The notes under the pieces were generated by a model that saw only the letters and a program-made list of their open reading frames with translations, did no database searches and had not been told where the DNA came from. Made by a program: the position numbers and the translations under genes. Positions 24,465 to 25,949 of a stretch of DNA of 25,949 nucleotides are shown here, piece by piece; position 1 is the first letter of the stretch; each line of letters begins with the position of its first letter. This DNA is from a virus. Its lineage: Duplodnaviria; Caudoviricetes. The stretch is from positions 1-25,949 of IMG/VR virus record IMGVR_UViG_3300032269_000111; one strand, 5' to 3'.

Positions 24465-25949
24465 CTAGAAGCTATCTAAGTTTTCCTCATATGTGCCGCT
24501 CACCTTGTTGTAAAGCAGAGTCGTTTCCCCTTGTGTTCCCACCCATCTATATCGGCACTTCCATACTGCGATTTCAACAACATTGCGCTCGCCTCTGTGA
24601 ACTGTGATGCCGCAGTCTGTCTTTGCCCACCATGCCATTGAGCCGCTGATCGACATACCATCGGGGCGAGGTTGATCCACTCCCGATCGGTTGATCTTTG
24701 ATGGGTGGGCAACGAACCATGTGTGTACGTCAAATGCCTTGCAAAACTTCTGCACCTTGGTAAGCATATTGCTGATTGCTTCTGTCTCTGTGCTATTAGA
24801 CTTGTTAAGGTCGATGTAGTTGTATGGGTCAATAACCAAGCCCCGCACACCCATGCGTTTAACCGCAACCTTTGCCCGTTCAAGTATTGACTCAAGGGTG
24901 CTGGGTTCCTCGCCGTTTGTATCGATGAACAGGAAGTGATCCTTTACGAATTTAAACGCATCCTCTTTTTCTGCGTCTGACATTCTTTCCCGCCCATCAA
25001 AGAATCGTTTCTTTGTGTAGATCTCCATCAACCTACTGATATGGATCTCAGGCTGATTCTCAAACGAGCAGACCGCAAACTTCCAATCATTCTTTGCGGC
25101 TAAGTTGACCATGACCTGATCGACAAAGTTGGACTTACCCGAACTTGGATATCCTGTGACCACAGTCATTTGTGCGGGTGCTATCGTGTAAACACTATCT
25201 ATGGAGGGATAGCCTGTGCTGAAGCCTGCGCCAGATCCCTTCACCCAGAGGTCGTTTAAACGATCAAAGTATGCGCTTGGGTCGGTGAGCCCGCTGATCG
25301 GGTACGGCTGTGCGTCGTCGATGATCTTCTGTATACGCCTAGAAGGGTGGTCGTCTAGCGTCGGGTCATCATCCGTGAGGACTTCGTTTAAATCCTTCTT
25401 GGCAAACTTAGCCAATCTGCATTTGTCTTTACCTATGCGCCTTGCCAACTCCTCTGCCAATGCTTGTCCTGCTGAGTCTTGATCTGTAGCCAAAACAATG
25501 TAGGGTGCTTTCTCTAAAACCTCATGTGCATTCCATACAAAGGCAAACTTCTTATCCTCGGACGGCAAGACTTTGCCATCTGCAACTTTAACGGGTGCGC
25601 CAGATGGGACGGAAACCACATTGTTTAAACCAGCCTCGACCGCAGAAAGGACGTCCATTTCCCCCTCAACAATGATGATGGGTTCGCCTGCCTTGACTTG
25701 GTCTATACCAAAGAAGTCATGCGCCCCGCCCATGTCTTGGGTGAAGTCCTTTGCGTCGATTGATCTGTACTTGGTGGCGATCAATGCACCGTCTCTGAAG
25801 TAGGGGAAACCCACCGCAGATGTAACCTTGCCTATCTTGTTGAAGTACTTGTCGGCGGCAAACAGTTTGAACTTGTCTGCGGTTTGTTGGGAGATTCCAC
25901 GTGACATTAGCCAGTCGTAGTGGGGCTTGGTTAACGGCGCACTGATGAC
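24465..25949 (-). CDS. Primase-helicase (Toprim + SF4 helicase, T7 gp4/Twinkle-like); 5' end lies beyond the window
   Basis: Toprim IIVEGEMD, ATDQDSAG, KDLNE; Walker A TGYPSSGKS, LVIDPYN, VAHP, ISGS..W. The frame is open to 25949 (VISAPLTKPHYDWLMSRGIS), so the track start at 25907 is internal. Confidence 0.93.
   Translation of the reverse strand, partial: VISAPLTKPHYDWLMSRGISQQTADKFKLFAADKYFNKIGKVTSAVGFPYFRDGALIATKYRSIDAKDFTQDMGGAHDFFGIDQVKAGEPIIIVEGEMDVLSAVEAGLNNVVSVPSGAPVKVADGKVLPSEDKKFAFVWNAHEVLEKAPYIVLATDQDSAGQALAEELARRIGKDKCRLAKFAKKDLNEVLTDDDPTLDDHPSRRIQKIIDDAQPYPISGLTDPSAYFDRLNDLWVKGSGAGFSTGYPSIDSVYTIAPAQMTVVTGYPSSGKSNFVDQVMVNLAAKNDWKFAVCSFENQPEIHISRLMEIYTKKRFFDGRERMSDAEKEDAFKFVKDHFLFIDTNGEEPSTLESILERAKVAVKRMGVRGLVIDPYNYIDLNKSNSTETEAISNMLTKVQKFCKAFDVHTWFVAHPSKINRSGVDQPRPDGMSISGSMAWWAKTDCGITVHRGERNVVEIAVWKCRYRWVGTQGETTLLYNKVSGTYEENLDSF

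Noticed and set aside
1-25949. tRNA, integrase, reverse transcriptase/DGR, intron or intein, stop-codon recoding
   Set aside because: No cloverleaf or catalytic motifs seen by eye; terL, portal and helicase are uninterrupted, and genes pack tightly under the standard code.

Overview
This window is a 26-kb segment of a tailed dsDNA phage (Caudoviricetes). It has a long P22-like portal, a Mu-gpT-family-like major capsid protein and a T7 gp4/Twinkle-type primase-helicase. It resembles uncultured freshwater phages; a proteobacterial host is inferred only. Bases 1-17314 are a minus-strand late operon: terS, a LexA-N-like HTH, terL, portal, small protein, GroES-like protein, scaffold, two head proteins, major capsid, a terminator/promoter/structured RNA, minor structural proteins, a block of Lys/Met/Gly-rich modular proteins, two adaptor-like proteins and tail proteins. 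Bases 17315-17844 are a divergent control region with seven DnaA boxes. Bases 17845-24369 are a plus-strand early operon (small ORFs, SprT-like protease, MoxR/CobS-like AAA+ ATPase, CobT-like VWA protein). It converges on the primase-helicase, which runs off the right edge. The main signals are: (1) about 15 copies of an [MFYL]-x-x-G-G motif that punctuate five clustered late proteins like polyprotein junctions, one of them closing a beta-barrel-like module ending in Phe; (2) an oriC-like DnaA-box array in a phage that has its own helicase; (3) 16 exact copies of the palindrome GTTTAAAC in different reading frames; (4) a pseudoknotted RNA downstream of the capsid gene, probably the Mu-gpT-DE motif, with a pairing that reaches the next gene's SD; (5) two early promoters sharing CGTGTAAAC-N15-TGCGTTATAST. 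All family names come from motif recognition by eye, not from database searches.
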